A DNA stretch of 64,000 nucleotides from assembly GCA_963666985.2 (NCBI GenBank), contig CAXXIA010000002.1, forward strand, positions 2,368,001-2,432,000, in the 5' to 3' direction. A model generated the notes under the pieces. It searched no databases and was not told where the DNA came from. It saw only the letters and a list, made by a program, of their open reading frames with translations. How positions within the stretch are numbered: the stretch's first letter is position 1; each line of letters opens with the position of its first letter. Shown here piece by piece: positions 38,674 through 48,726 of this stretch. This DNA is from Spirochaetia bacterium (GTDB taxonomy: Bacteria; Spirochaetota; Spirochaetia; DSM-2461). The position numbers were made by a program, and so were the translations under genes.

Positions 38674-39183
38674 ATGAAATTCTCAAAAATCATTCCATTT
38701 ATGGCCGCCGCGCTTATTGCGGTGCTGTTCGCCTGCAGTACGGACAATCCGAATTCCATGGGAGCCGGTAAACCCCCTTCCGGCGGCCCGGGCATGAGCG
38801 GCCCCGGCGCCGCCGCGGGGCCATCGAACGGATCCTCTCCCGGCGGTCCGGAAGGCCCGAACGAAATGCCTCCTGAAATACGGATTCCCGATGAAGCGGA
38901 AGACTATGAAGGAACCTTTGTTCTGCTCGGCGGTATGACGCCGACGCTGACCCTTGAGGACGGAGCGGTTTATTATCTGATTTTCCGTTTCCCGATATCC
39001 AATGACGGAATGCCCGAAGACGGAACCGTTCTGCACGTAAAGGCCGTTCCCGAAACGGATCATCCCGATCGTCTTGAAGTGTATTCGGCCGATATCGACG
39101 GTGTTCCTCTTCGGCCGGAAATGCCGGAAAGAAGCGGCCCTCCGGGGGGCGGCGGTTCCGCTCCCCCTCGGCCGAAGGGCTGA
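38674..39183 (+). CDS. Pro/Gly-rich lipoprotein, hypothetical
   Basis: Lipobox LFAC; PG-rich ends around a small beta-rich core. Confidence 0.75.
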   Translation: MKFSKIIPFMAAALIAVLFACSTDNPNSMGAGKPPSGGPGMSGPGAAAGPSNGSSPGGPEGPNEMPPEIRIPDEAEDYEGTFVLLGGMTPTLTLEDGAVYYLIFRFPISNDGMPEDGTVLHVKAVPETDHPDRLEVYSADIDGVPLRPEMPERSGPPGGGGSAPPRPKG

Positions 39184-39356
39184 GACGACGCCGTTACTCC
39201 GCCGCCTTTTGCGGGTGGCCGGAGTACCGAAGGGCGGACGATTCAATATGCCGCCTTCCACAGGCGGCCGGAGAATGAAAAATCACGGTTCTCCGGCGAT
39301 AAATCCCGTTCCGCTTCCGCCCGTTTTCTTTAGGATTCGCCCGCTTTTGAAAAGCA

Positions 39357-40658
39357 TCAAAACATCTGCGGCAGCAGGAGCTGGGGCAGCCACAGCGCGA
39401 TTCCCGGAAAAATCACGATCAGACTTAACACAATAATCATCACAAAGAGGAACGCACCGACATCCTTTAGGGCTTCGGCGCTGTTGATTCCGGCGATATC
39501 GCTGGCGATCAGCAGGCAAAGACCGTACGGAGGCGTTATCAAACCGAAACTTAAGGAGATAACTCCCACGATGGCGAAGTGCAGGGGATGAATCCCGGCC
39601 GACTCGGCCAGGGGATAAAGAAGCGGTCCCATGATAACGATTGCCGGAATGGTATCCATGAATGTTCCGACAAGAAGAAAGAGAATAACGATGATGAACA
39701 GAAGCAGCGTCGGAGACCCCAGAGCGAAGTTCAGTGTCGAAACAAGAAAACCGGGGATTCTGAGATAGGCGAGAACCCAGCCGTAGATGGAGGACGTTCC
39801 CACCGCGAAGAGGGAAATCGAGGCGAGTTTTGCCGTATTGAGCAGATGATCCGGAATCTCTTTAAGTTTCAGGGAATGGTAAATCACAAGCCCCAGGAGC
39901 AGGGAATAGACGACGGTTACCAGCGAGGCTTCCGTCGGAGTTACGATGCCCCCGACAATGCCTCCGATGATAATAAGCGGTGTAAACATCGCCAGAACGG
40001 ACTCCTTGCCGCTTCTTCCGATTCCTTTAAAGTCGATTTTCGCCTCAATGGGATAGCCGCGGCGCTTCGCGTAGAAGATTACCAGGAGCATCTGGGAGAG
40101 CCCGATCATTACTCCGGGGATGAGACCGGCGAGAAAAAGAGCCGCGACGGATGTGTTGAGAATCCCTCCCCAGATAATCATGTTGATGCTCGGCGGAATA
40201 ATAACGCCCATCACGCTGGAACAGGCCGTAACCGCGACGGTGAAGCTTTTATCGTATTTTTCCTTAATCATCGCGGGAATCAGAATGGAGCCGATTCCCG
40301 CGGCATCCGCCGTTGAAGAACCGGAGATTCCGGCGAAGAGCATGCTGACGATCACATTGACATGGGCCAATCCGCCGGGAAGCATGCCGACAATCGATTT
40401 CGCGAACCGAATCAGACGATTCGTAATCCCCGCGGCGTTCATGATATTGGCCGCCAGCAGGAAGAATGGTACGGACAAGAGAATAAACGATCCGTAGGAG
40501 GTCATCATCCGCTGCAGCATCATGATGGGCGGAATCCGGCTTTCCAGGAACAGTATGGGCAGAACGGCCAATGCGAGGGAAAAGGATACCGGAACCCGCA
40601 GGATGATAAAGATGACCAAAAGGCCGAACATGATGGAGAAAGCAAGACCGGCGCTCAT
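39357..40658 (-). CDS. TRAP transporter large permease DctM
   Basis: PFF.LA..IM, GGLAHVN, F.GISGS..AD, IIPPS, TPTEA, TPP.G. Confidence 0.95.
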   Translation of the reverse strand: MSAGLAFSIMFGLLVIFIILRVPVSFSLALAVLPILFLESRIPPIMMLQRMMTSYGSFILLSVPFFLLAANIMNAAGITNRLIRFAKSIVGMLPGGLAHVNVIVSMLFAGISGSSTADAAGIGSILIPAMIKEKYDKSFTVAVTACSSVMGVIIPPSINMIIWGGILNTSVAALFLAGLIPGVMIGLSQMLLVIFYAKRRGYPIEAKIDFKGIGRSGKESVLAMFTPLIIIGGIVGGIVTPTEASLVTVVYSLLLGLVIYHSLKLKEIPDHLLNTAKLASISLFAVGTSSIYGWVLAYLRIPGFLVSTLNFALGSPTLLLFIIVILFLLVGTFMDTIPAIVIMGPLLYPLAESAGIHPLHFAIVGVISLSFGLITPPYGLCLLIASDIAGINSAEALKDVGAFLFVMIIVLSLIVIFPGIALWLPQLLLPQMF

Positions 40659-41134
40659 GAATGTCTCCTTTCTCGGATTTCTTGAATGAGGTTGGAGGTG
40701 AGGAACAGCAGCCAGGAGACTCCCGCGACCGGAACGGAGAGATACACAACTCCGAGATTCAGTCCCGTTGCCTGGGATTCCTGGACATAACCCATAAGGA
40801 AGAAACGGTATCCGTAATAAATAAAAACACCGGTAATGATGAACATCAGAGTGTAATAGAGAACCCTTGATGTCATTTCGATGCCCCGTCCGACGTTCTT
40901 GGGAAGAAAATCGACGAAGAAATGACGTGATTCTTTAACTCCGATCGCGGCGCCGAGGAAGATAACCCAAATGAGCGTGATGTTCACCACTTCAACGGTC
41001 CAGATGTACCGGGGGATAAAGGGAACGTATCGTCCGAGTATCTGGAGCGTTACGGCGATGAGCAGTCCCGTCATCAGAATCATAATCAGGATTTCCAGAA
41101 TCCTTTTATAAATGCGAATAAACGTCTCGAACAC
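40655..41134 (-). CDS. TRAP transporter small permease DctQ
   Basis: 4 TM, RY....W..E, W..FLGA......H. Confidence 0.9.
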   Translation of the reverse strand: MFETFIRIYKRILEILIMILMTGLLIAVTLQILGRYVPFIPRYIWTVEVVNITLIWVIFLGAAIGVKESRHFFVDFLPKNVGRGIEMTSRVLYYTLMFIITGVFIYYGYRFFLMGYVQESQATGLNLGVVYLSVPVAGVSWLLFLTSNLIQEIRERRHS

Positions 41135-41164
41135 GGATACCTCCCTCTTGCCGACGTTTCATCA

Positions 41165-41196
41165 CGAAGCCGCGAACAGCATTGTTCGCGGCTTCG
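41165..41196. other. perfect 14-bp stem-loop between dctP and dctQ (mRNA stabiliser or attenuator)
   Basis: CGAAGCCGCGAACA-GCAT-TGTTCGCGGCTTCG. Confidence 0.7.
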
Positions 41197-41203
41197 ATAT
41201 TCC

Positions 41204-42208
41204 TTATTTCAAGGCTTTGATGTTGTTCAGTATATCTTCCACTCCCAGTTCCGCCGCGTAAGCGTCCACGACCGGCTGGGCCAAAGCGTTCATTTCCGTG
41301 TTGTCGAATTCAACCAGGGTTATTTTGCCTTCCGCGGCGAATTTCTGCAGGGTTGCCCAATCTCCGGAAGATTCGGTATCCCGCGCCCATTTCGCGGCAT
41401 CGGCTCCGGCCTTCAGAATCGCTTCCTGCAGATCCGGCGGAAAGCTCTGGAATCGCTTTTCACTGAAGCAGAAAGGACGGACGGTAATGCTGTGCTGCGT
41501 CAGGATAATGTACGGCGCCACTTCATAGAACTTTTTCGACGGCAGCGAAGAGGCTTCGTTCTCCAGTCCGTCGACAACACCGGTTTTAACCGCGTTGTAC
41601 ACTTCGCCGTAGTCCATAGGGGTTGCCTGGATTCCCGTCGCGTTGAAAACCCGGGCCTGAATGGGCGATCCCATAACGCGCATCAGAACATTGGGGAAAT
41701 CGTCGACCGAATAAACAGGATCTTTCAAAATCATGTTGCGCACGCCGCCGCCGGCATATCCGAGAATCCTTACACCCGAATCAAGAAGATTCTTTTCAAT
41801 GGGTTCGAACACGCCGCCGCTTAATCCCTTGTTCCAGTGATCAACGCTGTCCCAGAGGAAGGGGGTATCCATGAAGGCGGCCTGCTTATCCCAGGTTGAA
41901 ATCCAGGAGGGAGCCACGATGGCGTAATCAACGGAAACGCCCTGCATCATGAACTCGAAGAAATCCTTCTCTCCGCCGAGGTCTCCCGAATGATGCACCA
42001 CGACTTCAACGTCGCCGTCGTAGTAATTCTTCAGGAATTCTCCGAATTTAATCTGGGCCTGGGTATAAATGTGTTCTTCGGGCTGTTGGGTGGCCCCGAC
42101 GATGACGTACTTCTCCGCTTCACCGTCCGCTTTTCCCGATGCCGTTGCGCAGATAACCGGAATGACAAGAATCAAAATACTCAAAATGAGCTTGCCGATT
42201 GTTTTCAT
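41204..42208 (-). CDS. TRAP substrate-binding protein DctP
   Basis: Signal peptide; LGGE, G.R, MRV, P...GEVY.A..TGVVDG.EN, FYEV....LT.H. Confidence 0.93.
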   Translation of the reverse strand: MKTIGKLILSILILVIPVICATASGKADGEAEKYVIVGATQQPEEHIYTQAQIKFGEFLKNYYDGDVEVVVHHSGDLGGEKDFFEFMMQGVSVDYAIVAPSWISTWDKQAAFMDTPFLWDSVDHWNKGLSGGVFEPIEKNLLDSGVRILGYAGGGVRNMILKDPVYSVDDFPNVLMRVMGSPIQARVFNATGIQATPMDYGEVYNAVKTGVVDGLENEASSLPSKKFYEVAPYIILTQHSITVRPFCFSEKRFQSFPPDLQEAILKAGADAAKWARDTESSGDWATLQKFAAEGKITLVEFDNTEMNALAQPVVDAYAAELGVEDILNNIKALK

Positions 42209-42260
42209 ATTCTCTCCTTAATTTTTTTGTTTTTATATTACATCCGATGGAACCGAAGGA

Positions 42261-42995
42261 TTATTCCATAGGCGCCTCCTTGCCGCGTTCCGCGGATTTG
42301 CTTTCATGCCGGAGCGATTCGATCAGGCGTTCCCGGTGTCTGTCGATTTGTGATTTCATCTCGCTCAGAGCCGTCTCCCTCTCGCCCCGGTTCATGGCGT
42401 CCCACATGCGCCAATGAGAGGCCACGCTGTCTTCGGCGACCTTTTCGAAATCTGTTTTTTTGTCCATGCGCCGCATAACATCGATGTGGAACCTGGTTTG
42501 GGATATCAGCATCGGAATCCAGGAATTGCCGCAATTCCGATGAATGAGTTCGTGAATTCGGTAATCGCTTTTATGAAAAGCGTCGATATCGCCGTGTTTA
42601 TAATCACCTTCCGAACGGCGGATGGACGCGGCGATTTCTTCGAGAATTTCCGGCCGGCGGCGCGTCATGAAGAGATCAAGCGCAAGAACTTCGAGATTTT
42701 CGCGGATCGTTATGGTCTCTTCGACATCTTTAATGGAAATGCTGGGAATGTAGTAACCGTGCCATTGGCGTTTTTCGAGAATCCGGATGAATACAAGCTG
42801 GCCGAAGGCCTCGCGGACACTGTTCCGGCTGACTCCGAGTTCCGAGGCGATCATCATGTCCTCGACCTTTTCACCGGCTTCCCAGCGGCCCGAGAGTATT
42901 TGGCCCTTCAGGTATTCCGCGACGGCCTGAGAACGGCTGGTCCTTCCGAATCGGGCATCGGGGACGATGGTGTCCCGGCGGTCAATAAGGTCCAT
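42261..42995 (-). CDS. GntR/FCD-family transcriptional regulator
   Basis: I.SG....GE....A.ELGVSR..VREA HTH; FCD D..H..I...GN. Confidence 0.88.
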   Translation of the reverse strand: MDLIDRRDTIVPDARFGRTSRSQAVAEYLKGQILSGRWEAGEKVEDMMIASELGVSRNSVREAFGQLVFIRILEKRQWHGYYIPSISIKDVEETITIRENLEVLALDLFMTRRRPEILEEIAASIRRSEGDYKHGDIDAFHKSDYRIHELIHRNCGNSWIPMLISQTRFHIDVMRRMDKKTDFEKVAEDSVASHWRMWDAMNRGERETALSEMKSQIDRHRERLIESLRHESKSAERGKEAPME

Positions 42996-44769
42996 ACAAA
43001 GGGCCCAGCGCCCGGCAGGCCAGGTGGTCGGAGGCGATCGAATCGACATTCCCGAGATGATCCCAAAAAGTCGGACGGAAAACGCGTTCTTCCGGAACGT
43101 TGTGCATGGACACGGGGATGCGCAGCAGGGACGCCAGAGTCATCAAATCGTCTCCTCTGTGTCCGAAGCAGAGCACCGCATGATTACTGTTCCAGTGTTT
43201 CATTACGGCGTAAACGTCTCGAAACGGTCCTTTCCCGGTTATCCGCGGAGCGAAGAATGTTTTTGGCCAGGTTGGGTCGGTCCGTCCGACCGCGCTTGCG
43301 TAGAGTTCGGAAGGAAGATCCAGACTCCATCCCTCGGCGAGCTGCAGAACAGGGCCGACTCCTTTGACGATATTGATGCGGAGCATGGTGAAGGGCAGGC
43401 CGCCCCGAGTCGTAAACGCGGAACTGAATCCGCCGCCCCTGAAAGTCCAAAGCTTGGCCGCTCCCCATTGAGCATCTTCAAGGCAGGCCTTTGCATCGTT
43501 TTCCGTGAAGTCCCAGAACGGCACCATCCCATGTTCATCCCCGCGAACCGCCGCGCAGCTTCCGTCGAGCGCGGCCGATCCTGAGTTCGTTAGATAAATA
43601 AATCCGTTATTCAGCGGCGATGATGAATCCGGCTCATATCCGGAGATTCTTTCAATGGAGCACGGGCTCCAGTAGGTGCGGACATCGGCGAAAATGGGCG
43701 AGGTTCCCGTCAGAAGATTTGTAAAAAGCATCCCGACGGCGTTCAGATGATCGTTTTCCGTTGCAACGATGTATTGGGGACGAATTCCGTTCCAGTCGAA
43801 AGGACTGTTGAGGACGGCTTCGGCCACATCGGCTGTTATGTGAAAATCCGTCCATTGCCGCTGCCCCTGGAATCCCGCGGCCAAGGCGTATTTCCCGTCG
43901 CTTTCCTCCCGGAATCCGGAATCGGCCAGTTTTTCGTTTCCGGCCATCAAATCTTTAATAATGAGCGCTATCTTCAGGGAATCGGTCCAGTCCGATTTCT
44001 TATCGTGTTCCGAGCGGCGCTTGCCCTCGGCGTTCGGATCATTCATTTCCTTAAAATGGTTCATAGCCCAGGCTTCGGCCTTCTCGAGTTCCTTCGTATC
44101 GAGAATGCCTCTTTCCATCCGCCGCTGCATTTCACTCATATCCACGTATTCGTAACGCATGCCCAGATAGGCTCTGAGGAAGGAATCATCAACCTTGGAA
44201 CTGGCGATTCCCATGCTGACGCCGCCGATGGACAGATAGGCGGTATCCCGCATGGCATCAGCGGCCGCCGAAGCGCGGACGAAGCGGAGAATCTCTCCGG
44301 CCACATCGTCCGGCACACTATCATCGCCGATATCCTGAATGTCCCGGCCGTAGATTTTGAAAATGGGAACGCCGATCTGATCGTGAGCGGACGTCAAGGC
44401 CGCCAGGTAGACGGCGCCCGGACGTTCGGTGCCGTTGAAGCCCCAAACCGCATGCGGAACAAGCGGATCCTGGTCCATTGTTTCAAAGGGATAGCACCAG
44501 CTCGGCGTTACCGTGATGGTGCAGCAGACGCCTTCCTTTCGGAAACGGCGATCGACGGCCGCGGCCTCGCGGTTGCCTCCGATTGTATTCTCGGGAACGA
44601 TGCATCGAACGAAAGAACCGTCGGCCGCTCGGAGCGTTGCGCTGATTAATTCGGCCAGGCTGCGGGCCAGGGAAAGCGTTTTTCCTTCCAGGGCCTCGCG
44701 CACGCCGTTTCGTCTGGCATCGATGGTAGGTCTTATTCCTACAACGGCGGGTCTGCGGGCGGGATTCAT
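42982..44769 (-). CDS. fucI: L-fucose/D-arabinose isomerase family protein
   Basis: GIRPTIDARR.GVRE.LE, VTP.WCY..ET.D.DP, WGFNGTERPGAVYLAA, GFQGQRQWTD, ATEND, FADVRTYWS, RTDPTWP.T.FAPR. Confidence 0.93.
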   Translation of the reverse strand: MNPARRPAVVGIRPTIDARRNGVREALEGKTLSLARSLAELISATLRAADGSFVRCIVPENTIGGNREAAAVDRRFRKEGVCCTITVTPSWCYPFETMDQDPLVPHAVWGFNGTERPGAVYLAALTSAHDQIGVPIFKIYGRDIQDIGDDSVPDDVAGEILRFVRASAAADAMRDTAYLSIGGVSMGIASSKVDDSFLRAYLGMRYEYVDMSEMQRRMERGILDTKELEKAEAWAMNHFKEMNDPNAEGKRRSEHDKKSDWTDSLKIALIIKDLMAGNEKLADSGFREESDGKYALAAGFQGQRQWTDFHITADVAEAVLNSPFDWNGIRPQYIVATENDHLNAVGMLFTNLLTGTSPIFADVRTYWSPCSIERISGYEPDSSSPLNNGFIYLTNSGSAALDGSCAAVRGDEHGMVPFWDFTENDAKACLEDAQWGAAKLWTFRGGGFSSAFTTRGGLPFTMLRINIVKGVGPVLQLAEGWSLDLPSELYASAVGRTDPTWPKTFFAPRITGKGPFRDVYAVMKHWNSNHAVLCFGHRGDDLMTLASLLRIPVSMHNVPEERVFRPTFWDHLGNVDSIASDHLACRALGPLYGPY

Positions 44770-45626
44770 TTCGAACCGCCTTCGGCGGCTTGATAGCCCG
44801 GAATGTTTTGCTGAAGCCAGCGGAGGCTTCTGAGTGCGGCCGCATCCGGATCGACGGTGTAGGAGAATCCCAGCTCTACCGTTAAGGCTCCTTTGTATCC
44901 GCTGTCCGCGAGGTTTGCGAGGAAGGGATTGAAATCGATTCGACCTTCTCCGGGAACCAGATGATCGTCCGTTGTTCCCAGATTATCATCAATGTGATAA
45001 TGCACCGGGCATTCCGATAAAAGGCTGGGAATCGCGGAAAGAGGTTCCCTGTTGATGCTGCAGTGGCCGGTATCCACGACAAGACCGATATCGGGAGTTC
45101 CTTCCATGTCGCGGAACAGCCTGAACGCGTCGTCCACCGTGGCGACAAGGTCGGTCTCCCAGCGGTTGGCCGGTTCCAGCATGATTGTCGGTGAATCGGA
45201 TTCGGCATTGCCCGCGAACCGTACGAGTTCGTTCAGGCTTTTTATCAGGGCTTCCCATGAAACCTCCCAGCCGAGATCAACATGGCAGAATCCGGGGCAA
45301 ACGCTGACATAAGGAGCGTTTACGGCCGCGGCGGCTTCAAAGTTCCGTTTGATATAGTCGACGCTTTTTAGTCTCATCTCCTCAATGGGAGAGGCGAGGT
45401 TGGTGGGATAGCGAAACTGAGCCGGAATCCAGGCGGAAACCGTAAGCCCGGTTTCCTTCAGCGTGTCATTGAGTTCCGCCAGTGTCTTTGTATTCATATC
45501 TTCCCAATAGGCGTGAGGGCGGCCGCCCCATATCTCGACTTGGTCGTACCCCATTTTCGCGTACCGTCTGACGGCTTCATTGAGCGAGAACCGATAATGG
45601 ACAAAGGATGATATGCTCGTTTTCAT
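44766..45626 (-). CDS. sugar 3-epimerase (FrlC/ketose 3-epimerase-like TIM barrel)
   Basis: EIWGGRPHA (FrlC-like), LEP....E, DTGH, H..DN....D.HL.PGEG, TVEL. Confidence 0.8.
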   Translation of the reverse strand: MKTSISSFVHYRFSLNEAVRRYAKMGYDQVEIWGGRPHAYWEDMNTKTLAELNDTLKETGLTVSAWIPAQFRYPTNLASPIEEMRLKSVDYIKRNFEAAAAVNAPYVSVCPGFCHVDLGWEVSWEALIKSLNELVRFAGNAESDSPTIMLEPANRWETDLVATVDDAFRLFRDMEGTPDIGLVVDTGHCSINREPLSAIPSLLSECPVHYHIDDNLGTTDDHLVPGEGRIDFNPFLANLADSGYKGALTVELGFSYTVDPDAAALRSLRWLQQNIPGYQAAEGGSK

Positions 45627-45650
45627 GGGCTCCAGGATAAATGAGAATTG

Positions 45651-45684
45651 TTTAAACTACAAATTTAAAATTTAAAGTTTAGAT
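45651..45684. promoter_or_regulatory. TTTAAAN heptad repeats between epimerase operon and divergent GntR
   Basis: TTTAAAC, TTTAAAA, TTTAAAG, TTTAGAT. Confidence 0.4.
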
Positions 45685-45793
45685 ATTTTTAACATTAATC
45701 TAACAAATTATCGACAGCTCATGGTTTTGAGGCGATTAAATCAAAAATCTTAACCCATGGACGCTTGTTCAGGTCGTGATTATCCTATGAGTC

Positions 45794-46477
45794 ATGAATG
45801 AAAGCCCTTCGATTATTCCGTTCGCCAAGTCGAGTCGGGGAGAAACGATATCGGATTACGTTAAGGAATGCATTATCAACGGGCTCTGGAAACCCGGTGA
45901 GCGTATCGACGATCAGGAACTTGCGAAGCAGATCGGCGTAAGCCGATTGACGGTACGGGAAGCTCTTTCCCGGCTTGTGGAGAACAGAGTACTCACTCAA
46001 GTTCATTGGCGCGGATTTTATGTTCGAACACTTTCCTGGGAGGAAATCGTCTCCATCGTTGAAATGCGGGAAATGCTTGAAGTCCTGGCTTTGGAAAAAT
46101 TCATGAAGAATGTCGACGACCGCTTACTCAAAGAACTTGAGAAATCGATAACCACTTCGGCCAAGGATTTGGAATCCGACGACCGCGAAGGCTTTTTTAC
46201 CAGTGATTTTCGATTTCATGAGGTTCTCTATATGAACTCGGGGAATGAGTGGGTTATCCATTTCTCCAAGCAGATTATGTTTTTTATCGATTTGCTGAGA
46301 ATTATGGACAAAAAGACGAATTTTCATGAAATCGCGGAAGCCAGCGTCGTGGAACATACGGCTCTTTATAAAGTGATCTGCAGCGGAGATTTGATTCAAG
46401 CCGTCGAGATGATGCGGGAACATATCGCACGATTCCTGGAGAGGCTTAGGACTTCATACGAAACCGCGGCGCAGTGA
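45794..46477 (+). CDS. GntR/FCD-family transcriptional regulator
   Basis: G..KPGERI....LA...GVSR..VREAL; D..FHE.L...SGN; EH. Confidence 0.92.
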   Translation: MNESPSIIPFAKSSRGETISDYVKECIINGLWKPGERIDDQELAKQIGVSRLTVREALSRLVENRVLTQVHWRGFYVRTLSWEEIVSIVEMREMLEVLALEKFMKNVDDRLLKELEKSITTSAKDLESDDREGFFTSDFRFHEVLYMNSGNEWVIHFSKQIMFFIDLLRIMDKKTNFHEIAEASVVEHTALYKVICSGDLIQAVEMMREHIARFLERLRTSYETAAQ

Positions 46478-46554
46478 TGTTTTTTTAGAGAACCGGGTGT
46501 GCGTGCGGGAACAGCCTCAAACAGCTTTCGGGCAAGAGGCGGCCTTAAAGGTTT

Positions 46555-47238
46555 TCACAAACCGGATTCTTCCATTATCCAGCCGTTGCGCTGGGCCAGC
46601 AGCGCCGCTTGGGTTCTGTCCCGCAAGTCGAGCGCCGCGAGAATCCCCGAGATGTAATTTTTAACGGTTCCTTCCGAGAGACAGACCTCGTCGGCGATTT
46701 CCCGATTGGTATCGCCTCGGGCCAGGCATTTCAGGATATCCCGTTCCTTGCCGCTTAAACCGTCCCAAAGGGCCTGATGTTCGGGAGTTACGGAAGGCCC
46801 GGATTGTCCGATACCGGAATCCAGACGTTCGGCCATGATTCCCAGAATCCCCGGCGCCATAACGCCGGAGCCTCCCATGGCCACACGGACGGCCTTGGCC
46901 AATTCGTCGGTGGGAATGTCTTTCATCAGATAACCCACGGCCCCGGCCTTCAAGGATTTAACAACGTATTCTTCATCATCGAATGTGGTGAGCATCACCA
47001 CTTTTATTTCCGGCATTTCTTCTTTAAGACGTTCGGCGGCCGCGATACCGTCCAGAACGGGCATGCGGATGTCCATAAGAACCAGATCCGGCCGGAGCTG
47101 TCTTGCATACATTACGGCCTCCCGGCCGTTTTCCGCCGTTTCGATCACCTCGATGCCTTCCTGCAGGGCTAGAAGCGAAGCAATCCCTTCCCGAACCAAT
47201 CTCTGATCGTCCACGACGAGAACCCGGATATCCTTCAT
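46555..47238 (-). CDS. NarL/LuxR-family response regulator
   Basis: VDDQ.LVR.G, DIRMP..DG, LTTFDD, N.EIA....LSEGTVKNY.S, RDRTQA. Confidence 0.95.
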   Translation of the reverse strand: MKDIRVLVVDDQRLVREGIASLLALQEGIEVIETAENGREAVMYARQLRPDLVLMDIRMPVLDGIAAAERLKEEMPEIKVVMLTTFDDEEYVVKSLKAGAVGYLMKDIPTDELAKAVRVAMGGSGVMAPGILGIMAERLDSGIGQSGPSVTPEHQALWDGLSGKERDILKCLARGDTNREIADEVCLSEGTVKNYISGILAALDLRDRTQAALLAQRNGWIMEESGL

Positions 47239-47241
47239 TGT

Positions 47242-48537
47242 TCAATCCCGGCCTATAAGGGCCACCGGATCTCGGGGTGCCACGGCGCATAGGCTCGTTC
47301 CCTCTCCCGGTTTGGAAGCAATCGTCATCACTCCCCGAACCAGTTCCAGCCGTCCGCGGAGACCGCGAAGTCCGTATCCGCTTTGTTTTTTTTCGGAGTC
47401 TTCCTCGGGAACGGAGAATCCGATACCGTCATCGGTGAGTTCCACCCGCGCCTCCGTAGGTCCCAATTCCACGATCAGCGAAGCCTTGGAGGCTTCGGCA
47501 TGCTTCAAAATGTTGGTAACGCCTTCCTGAACGAAACGAAAAAGTCCCATTAATACCGAATAATTATAACCGTCTTCGCTGCCCGTGTATCGATATTCCA
47601 CTTGAAGGCCGCCGTCTTCCAGGAGTTTTACCAGACGGGGCAGACCTGTTGCCAGTGAAACGGCGGCATCCACACCGTTGATGCGTCCGAGAGATTCACG
47701 GATATCTTTCATGGCGTCTTCGGCGGTTGTTCTGGCCGCCTTGACCGCCGTCATTGATTCATCCGCGTCGACATCGCGATAGGCCTCGGCCTTGGAAAGC
47801 TGGATTTTTATCGCCGTGAGCGCATGTCCCAGGCTGTCGTGAATATCCCTGGCCAATCGGGTCCGCTCTTCCAAGGCCACGGTATGCGCCACGCGATCGG
47901 CGTATTCCCGCAGCCGTGCTTCGGATGCCTTGAGCCGCTCCATGAGCCGCTTGTTTTCTTCGGATTTTTTTCTTTCGGCGGATAAAAGCCCGGCCAGGAC
48001 ATAGAAGAAGAGAATGGCGAGTGTTCTGTATGTCAGAAATCCCAGAACGTTGGTATCCCAATGAGAAGTATCTCTGGCGATGAATTCAAATCCTATGGGT
48101 ATGGCGAGAGATAGAATCAGGATGAAAAGGCTGAGACTTCGGGAAAAGGCGAAATGAGCATAAAAGGGAATAAGGCTTAAAAGCATAAAAGTCTGTGAAG
48201 GCATGGCGAACTGAATATATTTTGAGCCGACCGGACCGATGAACCGATTAACCAAAGGAAGTCCGATATAGGGTATGGCCAGAATCAGCAGCCGAAGGCC
48301 GAACAGCAGTCGGGAAAGAGCCGTATCCTTAAAATGATAGGAACGATGGGTATATTCAAAGATTTCCAGAGCCAGATAAAGAATACTTATTAAGAGGGTG
48401 AGAAAGAACATAATCGTATCGGCCCTTGAGGAAGAGAAATCTCTTCTTCGTGAGAAGAGAAATCCCGGAGCCATAAAGAGAAAATAGAGAAGAACCGTAA
48501 CGAGACGGATGGAGTCTTGAGTGTTTCGGCGATTCAC
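47242..48537 (-). CDS. membrane sensor histidine kinase (HisKA_3)
   Basis: Multiple N-terminal TM; EERTRLARDIHDSLGH.LT, QEG.TN..KHA, DDGIGF, GYGL. Confidence 0.93.
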   Translation of the reverse strand: MNRRNTQDSIRLVTVLLYFLFMAPGFLFSRRRDFSSSRADTIMFFLTLLISILYLALEIFEYTHRSYHFKDTALSRLLFGLRLLILAIPYIGLPLVNRFIGPVGSKYIQFAMPSQTFMLLSLIPFYAHFAFSRSLSLFILILSLAIPIGFEFIARDTSHWDTNVLGFLTYRTLAILFFYVLAGLLSAERKKSEENKRLMERLKASEARLREYADRVAHTVALEERTRLARDIHDSLGHALTAIKIQLSKAEAYRDVDADESMTAVKAARTTAEDAMKDIRESLGRINGVDAAVSLATGLPRLVKLLEDGGLQVEYRYTGSEDGYNYSVLMGLFRFVQEGVTNILKHAEASKASLIVELGPTEARVELTDDGIGFSVPEEDSEKKQSGYGLRGLRGRLELVRGVMTIASKPGEGTSLCAVAPRDPVALIGRD

Positions 48538-48610
48538 CGAAAAACCTCCTGTATCTTTAAGTCTATCAATCGTACGGAAAGGCGCACAGGCCCGAGATCA
48601 TGGATTTGTA

Positions 48611-48644
48611 TGACTCCGGTCACATTCCCCAATGACCCCGGTCA
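48611..48644. promoter_or_regulatory. tandem TGAC-N4-GTCA inverted repeats (NarL-family RR sites)
   Basis: TGACTCCGGTCA 48611-22 and TGACCCCGGTCA 48633-44, 22-bp period. Confidence 0.7.
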
Positions 48645-48726
48645 GTCATATTCCTGTCCGCGGACACTGGGGTTTTACCCAAGAAATGGGAATATTAGTA
48701 TCATGACTCCACAGAGGAGAAGAAAT

